From an uncultured virus (IMG/VR IMGVR_UViG_3300042569_001792) (lineage: Duplodnaviria; Heunggongvirae; Uroviricota; Caudoviricetes): a stretch of 64,000 nt of DNA. How positions within the stretch are numbered: position 1 is the first letter of the stretch; each line of letters starts with the position of its first letter. The stretch is taken from IMG/VR virus record IMGVR_UViG_3300042569_001792, one strand, 5' to 3'. Positions 30,017 to 39,972 of the stretch are shown here, piece by piece. The position numbers and the translations under genes were made by a program. Below the pieces are notes generated by a model, which saw nothing but the letters and a program-made list of their open reading frames with translations, was not told the origin of the DNA and made no database searches.

Positions 30017-30673
30017 ATGGCACTAGGAAGAAACGGTAATATAGACGGCAAGTTAATTATCCTTCAAGCACGTCTCAAAGACGCTGACGGAAATAAAACA
30101 AAACCTTATTTTAGCATCAGTGATAAGGTTGATGGTAGTTGGGTTCAAAGATCAGAAACCACAGATAGATTCTCTGGAACCTTAAAGAAGTTCCTTGTTA
30201 AAACAAAAGATGTTTATCGCGATGGTAAGGTCGTAGATAAGATGAATCTATTAGATGTTTATGTTGAAGATGGTGATGAAACCTATTTAGCTTCATTTAC
30301 ATTCAAGATTTCAACTCGTGGATTAATGAATAGACTATTAAATCTAACATCCCCTGAGAATGTTCAAATATCTCTTTGGCAGGATGATAAAGGATATGAG
30401 GTTCTAACTCTTCGTCAAAACGATCAGGTTGTTAAGGCTAAGTATTCTAAAGAGGAAGTTCCATCCCCTCCAGAAGTTAAGATTCGCGGCAGTTTGGTCA
30501 GAGACTATTTTGAAGTAGATCAATTCTTCATTGATAAGATAAATAGCTTTAGCTTTGCAAAAAGTGAGCCAGTAGAAGTAAAAAATGGGGCGGTAAAATC
30601 CACTCCTAAGGAAGAGTTGTCTAAAAAAACAACAGCTCTAACTGATATTCCAGAAGACGATATTCCCTTCTAA
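30017..30673 (+). CDS. Putative single-stranded DNA-binding protein
   Basis: Acidic C-terminal EDDIPF tail; follows dnaE. Confidence 0.65.
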   Translation: MALGRNGNIDGKLIILQARLKDADGNKTKPYFSISDKVDGSWVQRSETTDRFSGTLKKFLVKTKDVYRDGKVVDKMNLLDVYVEDGDETYLASFTFKISTRGLMNRLLNLTSPENVQISLWQDDKGYEVLTLRQNDQVVKAKYSKEEVPSPPEVKIRGSLVRDYFEVDQFFIDKINSFSFAKSEPVEVKNGAVKSTPKEELSKKTTALTDIPEDDIPF

Positions 30674-30681
30674 TCAAATCT

Positions 30682-30708
30682 AGCGAGGGGAGAAATCCCC
30701 TCGCTTTT
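30682..30708 (+). terminator. Rho-independent terminator
   Basis: agcgagggga-gaaa-tcccctcgct followed by T run. Confidence 0.8.
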
Positions 30709-30710
30709 AT

Positions 30711-30784
30711 GGCAGGGTCGTCAAGTGGTAAGACAGAAGTCTGCAAAACTTCCATCGCGGGTTCGATTCCCGCCTCTGCCTCCA
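30711..30784 (+). tRNA. tRNA-Cys(GCA)
   Basis: GGCAGGG/CTCTGCC acceptor, gaagt-CTGCAAA-acttc arm, GGTTCGATTCC, U73, CCA. Confidence 0.95.
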
Positions 30785-30802
30785 TCTTTATTCAAAATAG
30801 AT

Positions 30803-32725
30803 ATGAAAAAGAAGAAAATATTATTTAATAGCAATTTCAGTAAATTCTCTACTGGATTTGGGAGACACGCCAGGGCTATATTAACACGCTTATTTAAAAC
30901 AGGTAAATATGAGATAATAGAGTATAGCGCCGGGCCATTACTTTATAGCGACAATAGATGTAAATCTGTTCCCTGGAAATGCTATGGTGCATTGCCAGAT
31001 AGTCAAAAAGAAAGAGAAACAGTAGCGAGAAATGAATTAGAAGCTCGCTTAATAAGTTACGGTCATTATTATATAGACAAGATCGTAAATGAACATAAAC
31101 CAGATGTAGCTATCTTTGTTGAAGATATTTGGGGTGTAAACGGTTATTGGGACAAAAATTGGTTTAATAAAATAAACTCTATAGTATGGACTCCTGTTGA
31201 TTCATTACCAGTTCATCCTATATTAGAAGCGTCCGCTGGAAAGATTAAGAATCTTTGGGTTAAAGCAGATTTTGCTAAGAAAGCATTACATGATATGGGT
31301 CATACCCATGTTCAAACATGGCCCGCTATTATAGATCAAGATCCATTCTTTCCATTAGATGAAGAGTCGAGAAATTATTATCGCAAATTATTTAAATTAG
31401 ATGATTGTTTTGTAATTGGTTTTGTTTTTAGGAATCAGTTGCGTAAATTAGTTGGATCTCTTTTCGATGGTTTTAAAAAGTTTAAAGAAGAACAGCTTAA
31501 AATAAATCCTAATTTTAAAGCAAAGGTATTGCTACATACATTTTGGGACGAATCAGAAGGTTGGAATATACCTCAGTTAATAAAGCAAGTTGGACTAAGT
31601 AATGAAGATGTAGTCACGACCTATATATGTAGAAATTGCCACAAAATAACAGTAAATCATTATGCAGGGCAAAATCTTGAATGTGTGTCTTGCGGCGCTA
31701 AAAATTCGGTTTCAAATCCAAGTGTAGATTATGGACTAACAGAAGGTGAACTAAATGTTATTTATAACGTAATGGATTATTATTGCCATCCTATGACATC
31801 AGGTGGCTTTGAAATTCCAATGCTAGAAGCGTCATTAGCTGGAGTTCCTTTAGGGACTTGTCCTTATGCTTGCGGCGAAATATACACAGAAAACAAAAAT
31901 GTTTATCCATTTGATATTTCGTTCTATAGAGAAAGAAATAGTAATTTCTGGAAATCTCAACCTTCAATAGAATCTATAGCAAAATCTATGACTCGTTTTT
32001 ATGAGATGGGTAGAGATAAAAGAAAAGAAATTGGACAGGGAATGAGAGAATGGGCTATATCTAATTTTAATCCAGATACCGAAGTTAAAAAACTAGAGGA
32101 ATTTATAGATTCACTTCCAGAAGCGGACCATGATTTTAATAGTACGCCGAATCCAGAATATCCCTTTATAGATATTGAAAATAATATAGACTTTATAAAA
32201 AGCCTATACAATAATATCTTAAAGATAGATATGCCGGAAGATAATGAGGAATTCCAAAATATTATAAAAAATATAAATAATGGAGTAAGTCATGAATCAG
32301 TTTACAACGAGTTTACAAAACACGCTAAACATTTATTACAGGCAAATGAAAAGATAGATTTCAAATCTTTATTTGATGACAACGGTAATAAGAGATTGTT
32401 ATATATTATGCCTAAAAGTTTGGGTGATTGTTATATGAGCCTAGCCGTTTTAGATAGCATTAAAAAGACATATAATGAAGGATGGGATATTTATGTGGCA
32501 ACAGAACCTAGATATTTTGAAGTATTCGCACATTTAGATTACGTTAAGAATATAATAACTTATGACAAATGGATGGATGAGTATGGTCCGCTTGAAGGAA
32601 TTGGATTAAATAAAGGAGTTGTTGACGTTGCATTTAAACCATACTTAATAACACAATATATGCTAAGTCATATCCATAATGGGTTAGATATAGATACATT
32701 ACAAACAGAAGAGACAAATGTCTAA
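30803..32725 (+). CDS. GT4 glycosyltransferase with Zn-ribbon insert and C-terminal GT9-like domain
   Basis: TGFG, RNQLRK, GGFEIPMLEA, CRNC..CVSC, SLGD motifs; start moved past the tRNA. Confidence 0.8.
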   Translation: MKKKKILFNSNFSKFSTGFGRHARAILTRLFKTGKYEIIEYSAGPLLYSDNRCKSVPWKCYGALPDSQKERETVARNELEARLISYGHYYIDKIVNEHKPDVAIFVEDIWGVNGYWDKNWFNKINSIVWTPVDSLPVHPILEASAGKIKNLWVKADFAKKALHDMGHTHVQTWPAIIDQDPFFPLDEESRNYYRKLFKLDDCFVIGFVFRNQLRKLVGSLFDGFKKFKEEQLKINPNFKAKVLLHTFWDESEGWNIPQLIKQVGLSNEDVVTTYICRNCHKITVNHYAGQNLECVSCGAKNSVSNPSVDYGLTEGELNVIYNVMDYYCHPMTSGGFEIPMLEASLAGVPLGTCPYACGEIYTENKNVYPFDISFYRERNSNFWKSQPSIESIAKSMTRFYEMGRDKRKEIGQGMREWAISNFNPDTEVKKLEEFIDSLPEADHDFNSTPNPEYPFIDIENNIDFIKSLYNNILKIDMPEDNEEFQNIIKNINNGVSHESVYNEFTKHAKHLLQANEKIDFKSLFDDNGNKRLLYIMPKSLGDCYMSLAVLDSIKKTYNEGWDIYVATEPRYFEVFAHLDYVKNIITYDKWMDEYGPLEGIGLNKGVVDVAFKPYLITQYMLSHIHNGLDIDTLQTEETNV

Positions 32726-33881
32726 ATTACTTACAACATACGCAAATTATTGCGGAATAAAACTTCCAAAAGAAGCGCCAAAATTCCCAACATGCTACTA
32801 CCCTATTCCAGACAAGAAATATATAACAATACATATAGGGGCGGGTCATGATGCTAGAAGATACGATTACTATCAAGAGGTAGTTAATTTACTAAAACCT
32901 ATATTAGATAAGAATAATATAGATATAGTCCAAATAGGAACGAAAGATGAACAGAATTTAGATCACGCAATATGTATAAAAAATGATTTAAGTTTAAGAC
33001 AATCAGCTTTTATAATTGCAAATGGAATTTGTCACATAGGATCAGATTCATGTTGGGCGCATATAGGTGGTTCTATGAATATACCTGTACTTTCCTTGTA
33101 TTCAAACGCCCCTCTTGAGGTATCATCCCCTTATTACAAGCTAAAACATATAGCATTAGATGCTGATAGAAAAGATAAAAAATGGTCTTATAGTGCAGTG
33201 GAAAATCCAAAAACTATAAATACCATAAAACCAGAAGATGTAGTTAAATCAACATTAGAACTCCTTAATATACAACATGACGTAAGTATAAAAACTCATT
33301 TTATTGGTGAGCAATATAATAGCAATCAAGTTGATATAATTCCAGATTATCCTGTAGATGGAACTAAATTTACCAATTATAAAATCTTAATAAGAGGCGA
33401 CGTTGTATGTAACTATAATGCTATTGGTCACATATTAAATTATTATCCAGCGGGACTTGTCTTAAATAAGCCAATTCCAATAGATATACTAAATAGATTT
33501 AAGAGTAAGATAAAAGTTATTTACTATATAATAGATAGTAATTATAATAAGGATTTCATATCTAAGCTACATACGTCTGGTATTAAATATCACCTATTGA
33601 CAGAGATGGATGGAGATGAATTAAATAATATAAAGCTAGATTTATTTGATTTCAATCCGGTAAGTAAAAAAATATTGTTCGACAAATCTAAAATAAAACC
33701 TGAATTTTTATTCAAAACTAATAGATTGTTTAATAGTAACAATAAATTCTATGCAAGTGTTTACCACTACACATTGGATCAACCGTTCAATGGCGAGCCA
33801 ATGTTGGTCGGAAAGGCTATAGATTATCCAAGTTTCCTAGACTCTTGCGAAAGTTATTATTTTTTTGAGAAAAGTGTTTGA
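32718..33881 (+). CDS. GT9 (heptosyltransferase)-like protein
   Basis: ITIH.GA, VQIG, IGSDSCWAHIG, PVLSLY motifs. Confidence 0.7.
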   Translation: MSKLLTTYANYCGIKLPKEAPKFPTCYYPIPDKKYITIHIGAGHDARRYDYYQEVVNLLKPILDKNNIDIVQIGTKDEQNLDHAICIKNDLSLRQSAFIIANGICHIGSDSCWAHIGGSMNIPVLSLYSNAPLEVSSPYYKLKHIALDADRKDKKWSYSAVENPKTINTIKPEDVVKSTLELLNIQHDVSIKTHFIGEQYNSNQVDIIPDYPVDGTKFTNYKILIRGDVVCNYNAIGHILNYYPAGLVLNKPIPIDILNRFKSKIKVIYYIIDSNYNKDFISKLHTSGIKYHLLTEMDGDELNNIKLDLFDFNPVSKKILFDKSKIKPEFLFKTNRLFNSNNKFYASVYHYTLDQPFNGEPMLVGKAIDYPSFLDSCESYYFFEKSV

Positions 33882-33905
33882 CAAGCTAACAGCATAAACT
33901 ATAAT
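33878..33905 (+). promoter_or_regulatory. Sigma70-type promoter, probably leaderless transcript
   Basis: TTGACA-16-TATAAT; ATG 5 nt after the -10 box. Confidence 0.7.
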
Positions 33906-33910
33906 ACATT

Positions 33911-34243
33911 ATGAGATTACAACAATTTTTCAATAAGGCTAGTAAATGGTGCCAAGGGCATTATGCCTTAAATAAGCAGGGCAAGTCAATAGGCTTAACA
34001 TCACATTATCCAACAGATGAGATGGACTATTTACGCGAGATAGAGTCAATGAGCTTGTATGGGGCTATAGCCCTATTCTACGCGCAGTATAGCGATGGTA
34101 GGGATCAAATAGTCAGAAGACTAAAGATAGCCATAAATCGCCACACAGGCAAGAATTTGACCATAGCAGCATTTAACGATGACTCTCAAACAACCTTTGA
34201 AGATATTCAAAAGGTAATAAAATTTGCAGTAGCATTAAGATAA
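33911..34243 (+). CDS. Hypothetical phage protein
   Basis: ORF directly behind a promoter. Confidence 0.6.
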   Translation: MRLQQFFNKASKWCQGHYALNKQGKSIGLTSHYPTDEMDYLREIESMSLYGAIALFYAQYSDGRDQIVRRLKIAINRHTGKNLTIAAFNDDSQTTFEDIQKVIKFAVALR

Positions 34244-34247
34244 TAAT

Positions 34248-35066
34248 ATGGGGAGAAGAAAAAAAGAAGATATAGAATCGGAAAAGCCGGTAGAGTTAGC
34301 TCAAACTAATTCAACAACCTGCACTATAGATAAAACAGAATACCTTGGGGATAGAACAAGTATAAGAAATTATCTAGGATTGCTTAAAAATTTAGAATAT
34401 CATTATGATGAGTTTGGATACATAAATTGGAGGCAGATGATAAATCCCAAGCACGTTGTATTAAATAAATACGCATACGCAAAGGATGGTGTCGATGTTA
34501 TGGCTTTATCTCAAGATGAGCAAGAAAAGTTACTGGTTAATGCTAGTGAAGACAGAAAGTTAATTAAATTAATTGGATTTAGAGAACTAGCAAAGATAAG
34601 GGGATTCTTGAATGTTAGACATGATATTGTATATAGAGATCCTACTAGCGTAGCGGCATCTTGTACTATTGATTGGATTCCAAATTTTGAATGTTCTAAT
34701 GTTTCGACTTACTCTACAATAGCAAATGCAAGTGTTGAAAACGTCGATAACAACTTTACTCCATTCTTAGAAAGTATAGCATGTAATAGAGCGTTCGTCA
34801 GAACAGTAAGAGAGTTTCTTAATATACCAATTCTAGGACAGGATGAAATCAAGAATGATGAAAATGTTAATATCAATAAATCTCCAACAGCACATAGAAT
34901 GCTTGGTGAATGGATGACAGCTAACAACTTCTCATTTGAACATATACTTGCCGCGTTGAATCGTAATGGAATAGAGTTAAAAGAGGACTGGGTAAATCTC
35001 GATGTATTACCAACACCAGTAGTTATTACTGCGTTGGAGTTAATATCGAAAAAGCAAAAAGACTAA
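34248..35066 (+). CDS. Possible Rad52/Sak-like ssDNA annealing protein
   Basis: Beta-beta-beta-alpha pattern ending SIACNRAFVRTVREFLNI; weak. Confidence 0.4.
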   Translation: MGRRKKEDIESEKPVELAQTNSTTCTIDKTEYLGDRTSIRNYLGLLKNLEYHYDEFGYINWRQMINPKHVVLNKYAYAKDGVDVMALSQDEQEKLLVNASEDRKLIKLIGFRELAKIRGFLNVRHDIVYRDPTSVAASCTIDWIPNFECSNVSTYSTIANASVENVDNNFTPFLESIACNRAFVRTVREFLNIPILGQDEIKNDENVNINKSPTAHRMLGEWMTANNFSFEHILAALNRNGIELKEDWVNLDVLPTPVVITALELISKKQKD

Positions 35067-35067
35067 A

Positions 35068-35628
35068 ATGAAAAGCAAGTTCTCACATAATAAATACCTA
35101 CTAGAACAATATAAAGTAACTAAAGATAATAGATTTAAAAATGAATTTATTAACAAAAACATACCTTTAGTTAAACAGATTATTGATCGTAGGTTTAAAT
35201 ATCCAAATTATTTTGATGATTTACTTCAAGAAGGTAGATTGGCTCTAAGTAAAGCGATGGAAAAGTACGATCCAGAAAGAGGTAGTATATCTACGCTTTG
35301 CTACTACTCTGTTATGAATAGATTGAAGACATTTATGTCTAAGACTAATATTTACGGCGGAAGAAAAATGAGATTAGAGCCGTTAGATAACTCAGATGAA
35401 ATACTACTAGCAATACCAGTAGAAAATGTTAAAAATATTTCAGTGCTTGAGGAATTAATAAATGAGCTACCAATAGAAGAAAAGGATTTAATTAGAAGTC
35501 GATTTGGATTTGATGGTAAACAAAAGATAGGTAAAATATCTCATAAAGAATTAGCGGCCTGGGAATCTCTCAAGTCTTTAATTAAACAAAAAGGGTATTC
35601 ATCTATTGATCTTATTCAAGAGACTTAA
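35068..35628 (+). CDS. Sigma-70 family RNA polymerase sigma factor
   Basis: NIPLV, DDLLQEG.LAL.KA.EKYDPERG (region 2), LP..EK.LI..RFG (region 4). Confidence 0.88.
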   Translation: MKSKFSHNKYLLEQYKVTKDNRFKNEFINKNIPLVKQIIDRRFKYPNYFDDLLQEGRLALSKAMEKYDPERGSISTLCYYSVMNRLKTFMSKTNIYGGRKMRLEPLDNSDEILLAIPVENVKNISVLEELINELPIEEKDLIRSRFGFDGKQKIGKISHKELAAWESLKSLIKQKGYSSIDLIQET

Positions 35629-36000
35629 TAATTCGTTATCTAGTTCAGATATATCACCAAAGGTATCCCTGGCCCAGTCTAATGTATATTTTTGGTGGTA
35701 TTCTGATCTATCTCTTTGAAAAAAACAAACCTCTCTAAATCCAGCAACTAAAGCGGCGGCGGCTACATGATGCTCTGATTGAATATAATTATCAACACTT
35801 ATAATAAGTGGCCACATATCAATTCTAGGTATATTAACAAAATGATTATAATATTCATTCATTTGCTTGCAACATTTAAATGTATTAGCCTCGCCTATAA
35901 TTTTTATTAAATAGCTAAAATCAATACCTTTTAATGCTAAAGTATAACAAGGAATAGAATAATCTTCATTCTGCTCTAAATAATTTTTTAAATCAAACAT
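35599..36000 (-). CDS. Hypothetical protein
   Basis: ORF; ATG 36000 preceded by the TGTA.AAT motif. Confidence 0.55.
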   Translation of the reverse strand: MFDLKNYLEQNEDYSIPCYTLALKGIDFSYLIKIIGEANTFKCCKQMNEYYNHFVNIPRIDMWPLIISVDNYIQSEHHVAAAALVAGFREVCFFQRDRSEYHQKYTLDWARDTFGDISELDNELLSLLNKINR

Positions 36001-36018
36001 ATACAATTTTACAACAAT

Positions 36019-36285
36019 ATGAAAGAAGTACACGAAGTAGTAATAAAAGATCTCCAGGATAAATTTGGAGACGAATGGTCGCCTATATATAGGCTTGCAG
36101 TCGGTCACTCATTAGCAATCCATGATTTTGCGACAGTTTTTGACCTAGATGGTCAGAAAGTGCTTGCAATTGCCAGCACCATCGCTAGACTAGTGGGGGC
36201 GAACCATGCTCAAAAAGCTCAGGACGAGATTGAAAAATTCCTTGGGGAGATCGACAAGGCAAACCTAGATGATAAAGATATCTAA
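36019..36285 (+). CDS. Hypothetical protein
   Basis: ORF in array. Confidence 0.55.
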   Translation: MKEVHEVVIKDLQDKFGDEWSPIYRLAVGHSLAIHDFATVFDLDGQKVLAIASTIARLVGANHAQKAQDEIEKFLGEIDKANLDDKDI

Positions 36286-36307
36286 ACAAAATAACTAAAT
36301 AAAAAAA

Positions 36308-36691
36308 ATGCTAGAAGAAAAAGAAAAAGACACCTTACTATACACATTAGTGGCCGGGATGACTAATGTATATATGCAAACCTTAAAGTGTGAGTCTCAG
36401 GAAGAATTTCATGCACTGTATTCCGGGCTAGGAAATATGCTCAATTTCACAAGCAAATTAACGGAATTGATTTTATCATCAGATGAGTCTAAGGAATTTC
36501 CAGAGAGTATTCAAAATATACTTCATGAGGTTGTATCCAATGAATTAAAATCTCTAAAAGGTAATGTAACCCTAGATATAAATCAAGCTGCTACTATGAA
36601 GAAATATACAGATTCTTTAGAAGGAATCCTTGCGAAAATGAAACCATCAGATACAGTTAAAGAAGAACCTCAAATTGTAACTCTTACCTAA
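36308..36691 (+). CDS. Hypothetical protein
   Basis: ORF in array. Confidence 0.55.
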   Translation: MLEEKEKDTLLYTLVAGMTNVYMQTLKCESQEEFHALYSGLGNMLNFTSKLTELILSSDESKEFPESIQNILHEVVSNELKSLKGNVTLDINQAATMKKYTDSLEGILAKMKPSDTVKEEPQIVTLT

Positions 36692-36693
36692 AA

Positions 36694-37572
36694 ATGATAC
36701 CACAGATTCCACTCACTGAAATATGTAGATTGAGTTGTCATTTTCATAAAATGCTTCACAAATTCGGTGGGTGGAATTCTGGTATGATTTTCCATGAAAA
36801 TAGTTTTTTATTCGCTTGTAGAAATGAAACAAGTAGATTTAATAATAAATACTTTAATAGACCCACCCCGCCGGAATTGAGATGGGAAAGATATGTGCCT
36901 TCTTTAATACATTTAGATGGAGACGGAAAGTTTATAAAAACAGATCAAACTCTTACAATTCCAAACGAATCACTAGAAGATGTAAGGTTATTTAAATTAA
37001 ATAACGAAATATTCCTAACCGGAACTAAAAGACTCGATAAAGGAGTTACCCAATTTTTAGCTAAATTAATTGATAATAATGTATATTTTCTTCCGTTTAA
37101 TCATAAATACAAACCTAATCAAAAAAACTGGATACCAATAGTATTTAATAATACTATTTATTTCGAGCAGTCTATATCAAATCCAAGGATAATACTTAAA
37201 TATGATAAGGGAAATTTAATTGAAATAAGTAAAACGGAAGGTGGGCTAAATCTAAGGGGTAATTGTAGTCCGATAGATATAGGAGATAAGTTATTAAACT
37301 TTTACCATTACTATACAGGACCGAGTGGGTATTTTGATAGAGTATATGTTCAATATGTGGCTTACCTAGATAAGCATCCGCCATTTAATATCCAAAAAGT
37401 ATTTGGACCTTTCAAGTTTCAGCCAGGCGCAGAAAATAGAATACAGTTCCACACAGGACTAGATATAGTCGGTGATGATATTTATTTTTCCTACGGTGTA
37501 GAGGATTCTGACAATGTATTTGCTAAAATAAATAAAGACTTATTTATTCAATTTATCGAAAATACTACTTAG
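36694..37572 (+). CDS. Five-bladed beta-propeller glycosidase-like protein (GH130/GH43-like)
   Basis: N.G, LEDVRL, QKNWIP, LRG, FSYGVED motifs. Confidence 0.65.
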   Translation: MIPQIPLTEICRLSCHFHKMLHKFGGWNSGMIFHENSFLFACRNETSRFNNKYFNRPTPPELRWERYVPSLIHLDGDGKFIKTDQTLTIPNESLEDVRLFKLNNEIFLTGTKRLDKGVTQFLAKLIDNNVYFLPFNHKYKPNQKNWIPIVFNNTIYFEQSISNPRIILKYDKGNLIEISKTEGGLNLRGNCSPIDIGDKLLNFYHYYTGPSGYFDRVYVQYVAYLDKHPPFNIQKVFGPFKFQPGAENRIQFHTGLDIVGDDIYFSYGVEDSDNVFAKINKDLFIQFIENTT

Positions 37573-38106
37573 TGAAGATGTCATTTTGACAAATGTTGCT
37601 ATAGCCCCGCCCAAACTCATAAGTAGAATACTTCCAATTGTAATAATTGACTTTAAATTATCCCTTACTATGTCACCTAATTTAATAACAGGTTTTACAA
37701 CAATATCATTTTGAACAGCTTCAACCTTAAATCTACCGGAATTAGGTAACGGAGTTACCCACTTGATAAAGAATGACGAATCATCTTCTTTAATAAGTCT
37801 TATATCAATCTTAACCCATACTGTATAGCCGCTTTTATTTAGATATCTCTTAACCATAGAGTATCCATCAAAGTCTCCATTTAAGCAGCCTTTATACATT
37901 TCTGAGCCAGCTTCTAAATCATCTGGATGAGTTATACTTTGAAAATTTTTCTTAGTTAATTCTAAAATAGTATAGCCCAATAACTTTGAAAAAGATTCAT
38001 TGACTTTTAACAAATTTCCCTTACTGTCCACTATAGCCTGAGGTATAGGGGACTCATCGAAAAATAAGTCAATATAGTTTTCAAGTGATAAGTTTTTAAT
38101 ACCCAT
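37540..38106 (-). CDS. PAS-domain protein with C-terminal transmembrane helix
   Basis: VNESFSKLLGY, ITHPDD, KRYLNKSG..VW; hydrophobic C-terminus. Confidence 0.85.
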   Translation of the reverse strand: MGIKNLSLENYIDLFFDESPIPQAIVDSKGNLLKVNESFSKLLGYTILELTKKNFQSITHPDDLEAGSEMYKGCLNGDFDGYSMVKRYLNKSGYTVWVKIDIRLIKEDDSSFFIKWVTPLPNSGRFKVEAVQNDIVVKPVIKLGDIVRDNLKSIITIGSILLMSLGGAIATFVKMTSSLSSIFDKLNK

Positions 38107-38132
38107 GGATATAATTACACATAAAATATAAA

Positions 38133-38732
38133 ATGATAAAATACGAGGAAAAATTAAAAGAATCAAAAGTTCTTGAGGCGTTGAGAGAGGTTGGCATTCC
38201 AGTAGTAGATGATTGGGGTGAATATTATCTCCCGGATAAAATTTATGGTAATATAATGATTTATTCCGAGAATATATTAAATGCTATAAATTCCGATAAA
38301 CCTAATTCAGAATTAAGTTTTATTAAAGATGATGTTGATAATTTCTTTTCTTTTATATTCTTTAAAACAAAATCCGATCCAAAGTTGGGTTATCTTGAGA
38401 TTAGTATAAGATATGATAATAAAAACCTTGTTAGTCGTTTTATACAATTAAGTAAAATAAATCAAAATGAGCCAATGCTTTTTAAGAATCTTATGATGCT
38501 TTCAGAGGGGGCTATAATTAATTTAATGACACTTCCTCTTACAAAAGATTATATTGATATATTAAGAACAAAAGATGAGAAATATATAGGGGCCATTAAA
38601 GAAAAATTTGATTATGCTTATACTATAGATGGAGAGAGGGAAATGGTAGAAAATCGTAGAAAAGCTTATTTAGAATTACTTGATAATTCAAATCCACGTT
38701 TAGCTAAATTAATAAAGGAAATTGTAATATGA
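38133..38732 (+). CDS. Hypothetical protein
   Basis: ORF in array. Confidence 0.55.
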   Translation: MIKYEEKLKESKVLEALREVGIPVVDDWGEYYLPDKIYGNIMIYSENILNAINSDKPNSELSFIKDDVDNFFSFIFFKTKSDPKLGYLEISIRYDNKNLVSRFIQLSKINQNEPMLFKNLMMLSEGAIINLMTLPLTKDYIDILRTKDEKYIGAIKEKFDYAYTIDGEREMVENRRKAYLELLDNSNPRLAKLIKEIVI

Positions 38733-39079
38733 GAATATTAAAAATAAGGTACTGGGATAGCGATAAAAAAGAATTAGTTTATCCAAAACATAAAGATTCT
38801 TTTCAATTAGATTTTGAAAAAGAAAGTATAATGGTTTACACTGGATTGCAAGATTCAGTTGGTCAAGATATTTGGGACGGAGATATTGTAACCTTTGTTC
38901 ATAAAGTTACCTTATTTAAGGATATAAAATTCCTAGACGAAAAGAAAGGCGTAGTTGTTTATAATCAAGCGATAGGATCTTTTGAAGTTGAAGTTGTCGA
39001 AAATGGAGTAACAATGTTTTATCCTTTAACTGATGTTGTAAATAGAGGTGTTGTAATAGGTAATGTTTTCAACAAATGA
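38729..39079 (+). CDS. YopX-family phage protein
   Basis: KIRYWD, YTGLQD..G..IWDGDIV, VIGNVF motifs. Confidence 0.85.
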   Translation: MRILKIRYWDSDKKELVYPKHKDSFQLDFEKESIMVYTGLQDSVGQDIWDGDIVTFVHKVTLFKDIKFLDEKKGVVVYNQAIGSFEVEVVENGVTMFYPLTDVVNRGVVIGNVFNK

Positions 39080-39492
39080 AAATAATATCTCACAGGGGTA
39101 ACTTAAACGGCCCGGACCAATTCTTAGAAAATAATCCATTCCATATACAAGATTTGATAAAGAAAAATCTTGACGTGGAAATAGATGTGTGGTATCTTTC
39201 CGAGGGATACTTCCTGGGCCACGACGAGCCTATCTATAAAATAGACGAGTCCTTACTAGAGAGTGATAAATTATGGTGTCATGCTAAGAATTTAGCGGCG
39301 CTATATAAAATGCTCAAAAATTCAAAAATACATTGTTTTTGGCACGAAGAGGATGATTTCACAATAACATCGAAAGGGTATATCTGGACTTATCCAGAAA
39401 AAGAGGTAACAGACATGTCGATTATAGTTTCTAATAATAAGGTTACAAAAAACTGCTACGGTGTTTGCACAGACTTTATAAACATTCCATGA
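39076..39492 (+). CDS. GDPD/PLC-like phosphodiesterase
   Basis: IISHRGN, EN, VEIDV, LGHD, HAKN, CTD motifs. Confidence 0.7.
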   Translation: MKIISHRGNLNGPDQFLENNPFHIQDLIKKNLDVEIDVWYLSEGYFLGHDEPIYKIDESLLESDKLWCHAKNLAALYKMLKNSKIHCFWHEEDDFTITSKGYIWTYPEKEVTDMSIIVSNNKVTKNCYGVCTDFINIP

Positions 39493-39968
39493 AAAAACAA
39501 ATTTTTATAGACACTGAAACAACTGGGTTAAATCCGAAAAAAGATAAAATCACCCAATTGGCTTACCTTTATTTCGAGAATGGTAAAAAGAAAGACAGTG
39601 GAAACTTAAAAGGGGGTGGTATATACAAAAGTTTTCTAAAATCTTTAGATAAATTTGTTGACAAGTTTCAGAAAGGTGATAAGATGTACTTCGTGGGGCA
39701 CAACAGCCACTTCGATTCGGACTTCATAAGAGAGATGTTTGCTAAAAATGGAAATAATTTTTATGGATCGTATTTTTATAATCCAGTTGTTTGCACAATA
39801 ATGATCGCGTCTTACAAGGCGATGTTGAAAAACAAAAGACCAGAAGATTTCACACTTCTCGGTTTATGTAAGTTTTTCAAAATAAAAGTCGATGAGAATA
39901 AGCTACATGACGCACTCTACGATATAACTAAAACTAGAGAGTTGTATTTAAAATTAACCAAATGGTAA
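39489..39968 (+). CDS. DEDDh 3'-5' exonuclease
   Basis: IDTETTG, GHN..FD, HDALYD motifs. Confidence 0.88.
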   Translation: MKKQIFIDTETTGLNPKKDKITQLAYLYFENGKKKDSGNLKGGGIYKSFLKSLDKFVDKFQKGDKMYFVGHNSHFDSDFIREMFAKNGNNFYGSYFYNPVVCTIMIASYKAMLKNKRPEDFTLLGLCKFFKIKVDENKLHDALYDITKTRELYLKLTKW

Positions 39969-39972
39969 GAAA

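Noticed and set aside
30725..30802. N-terminal extension of the 666-aa ORF
   Set aside because: It overlaps tRNA-Cys; the likely start is ATG 30803
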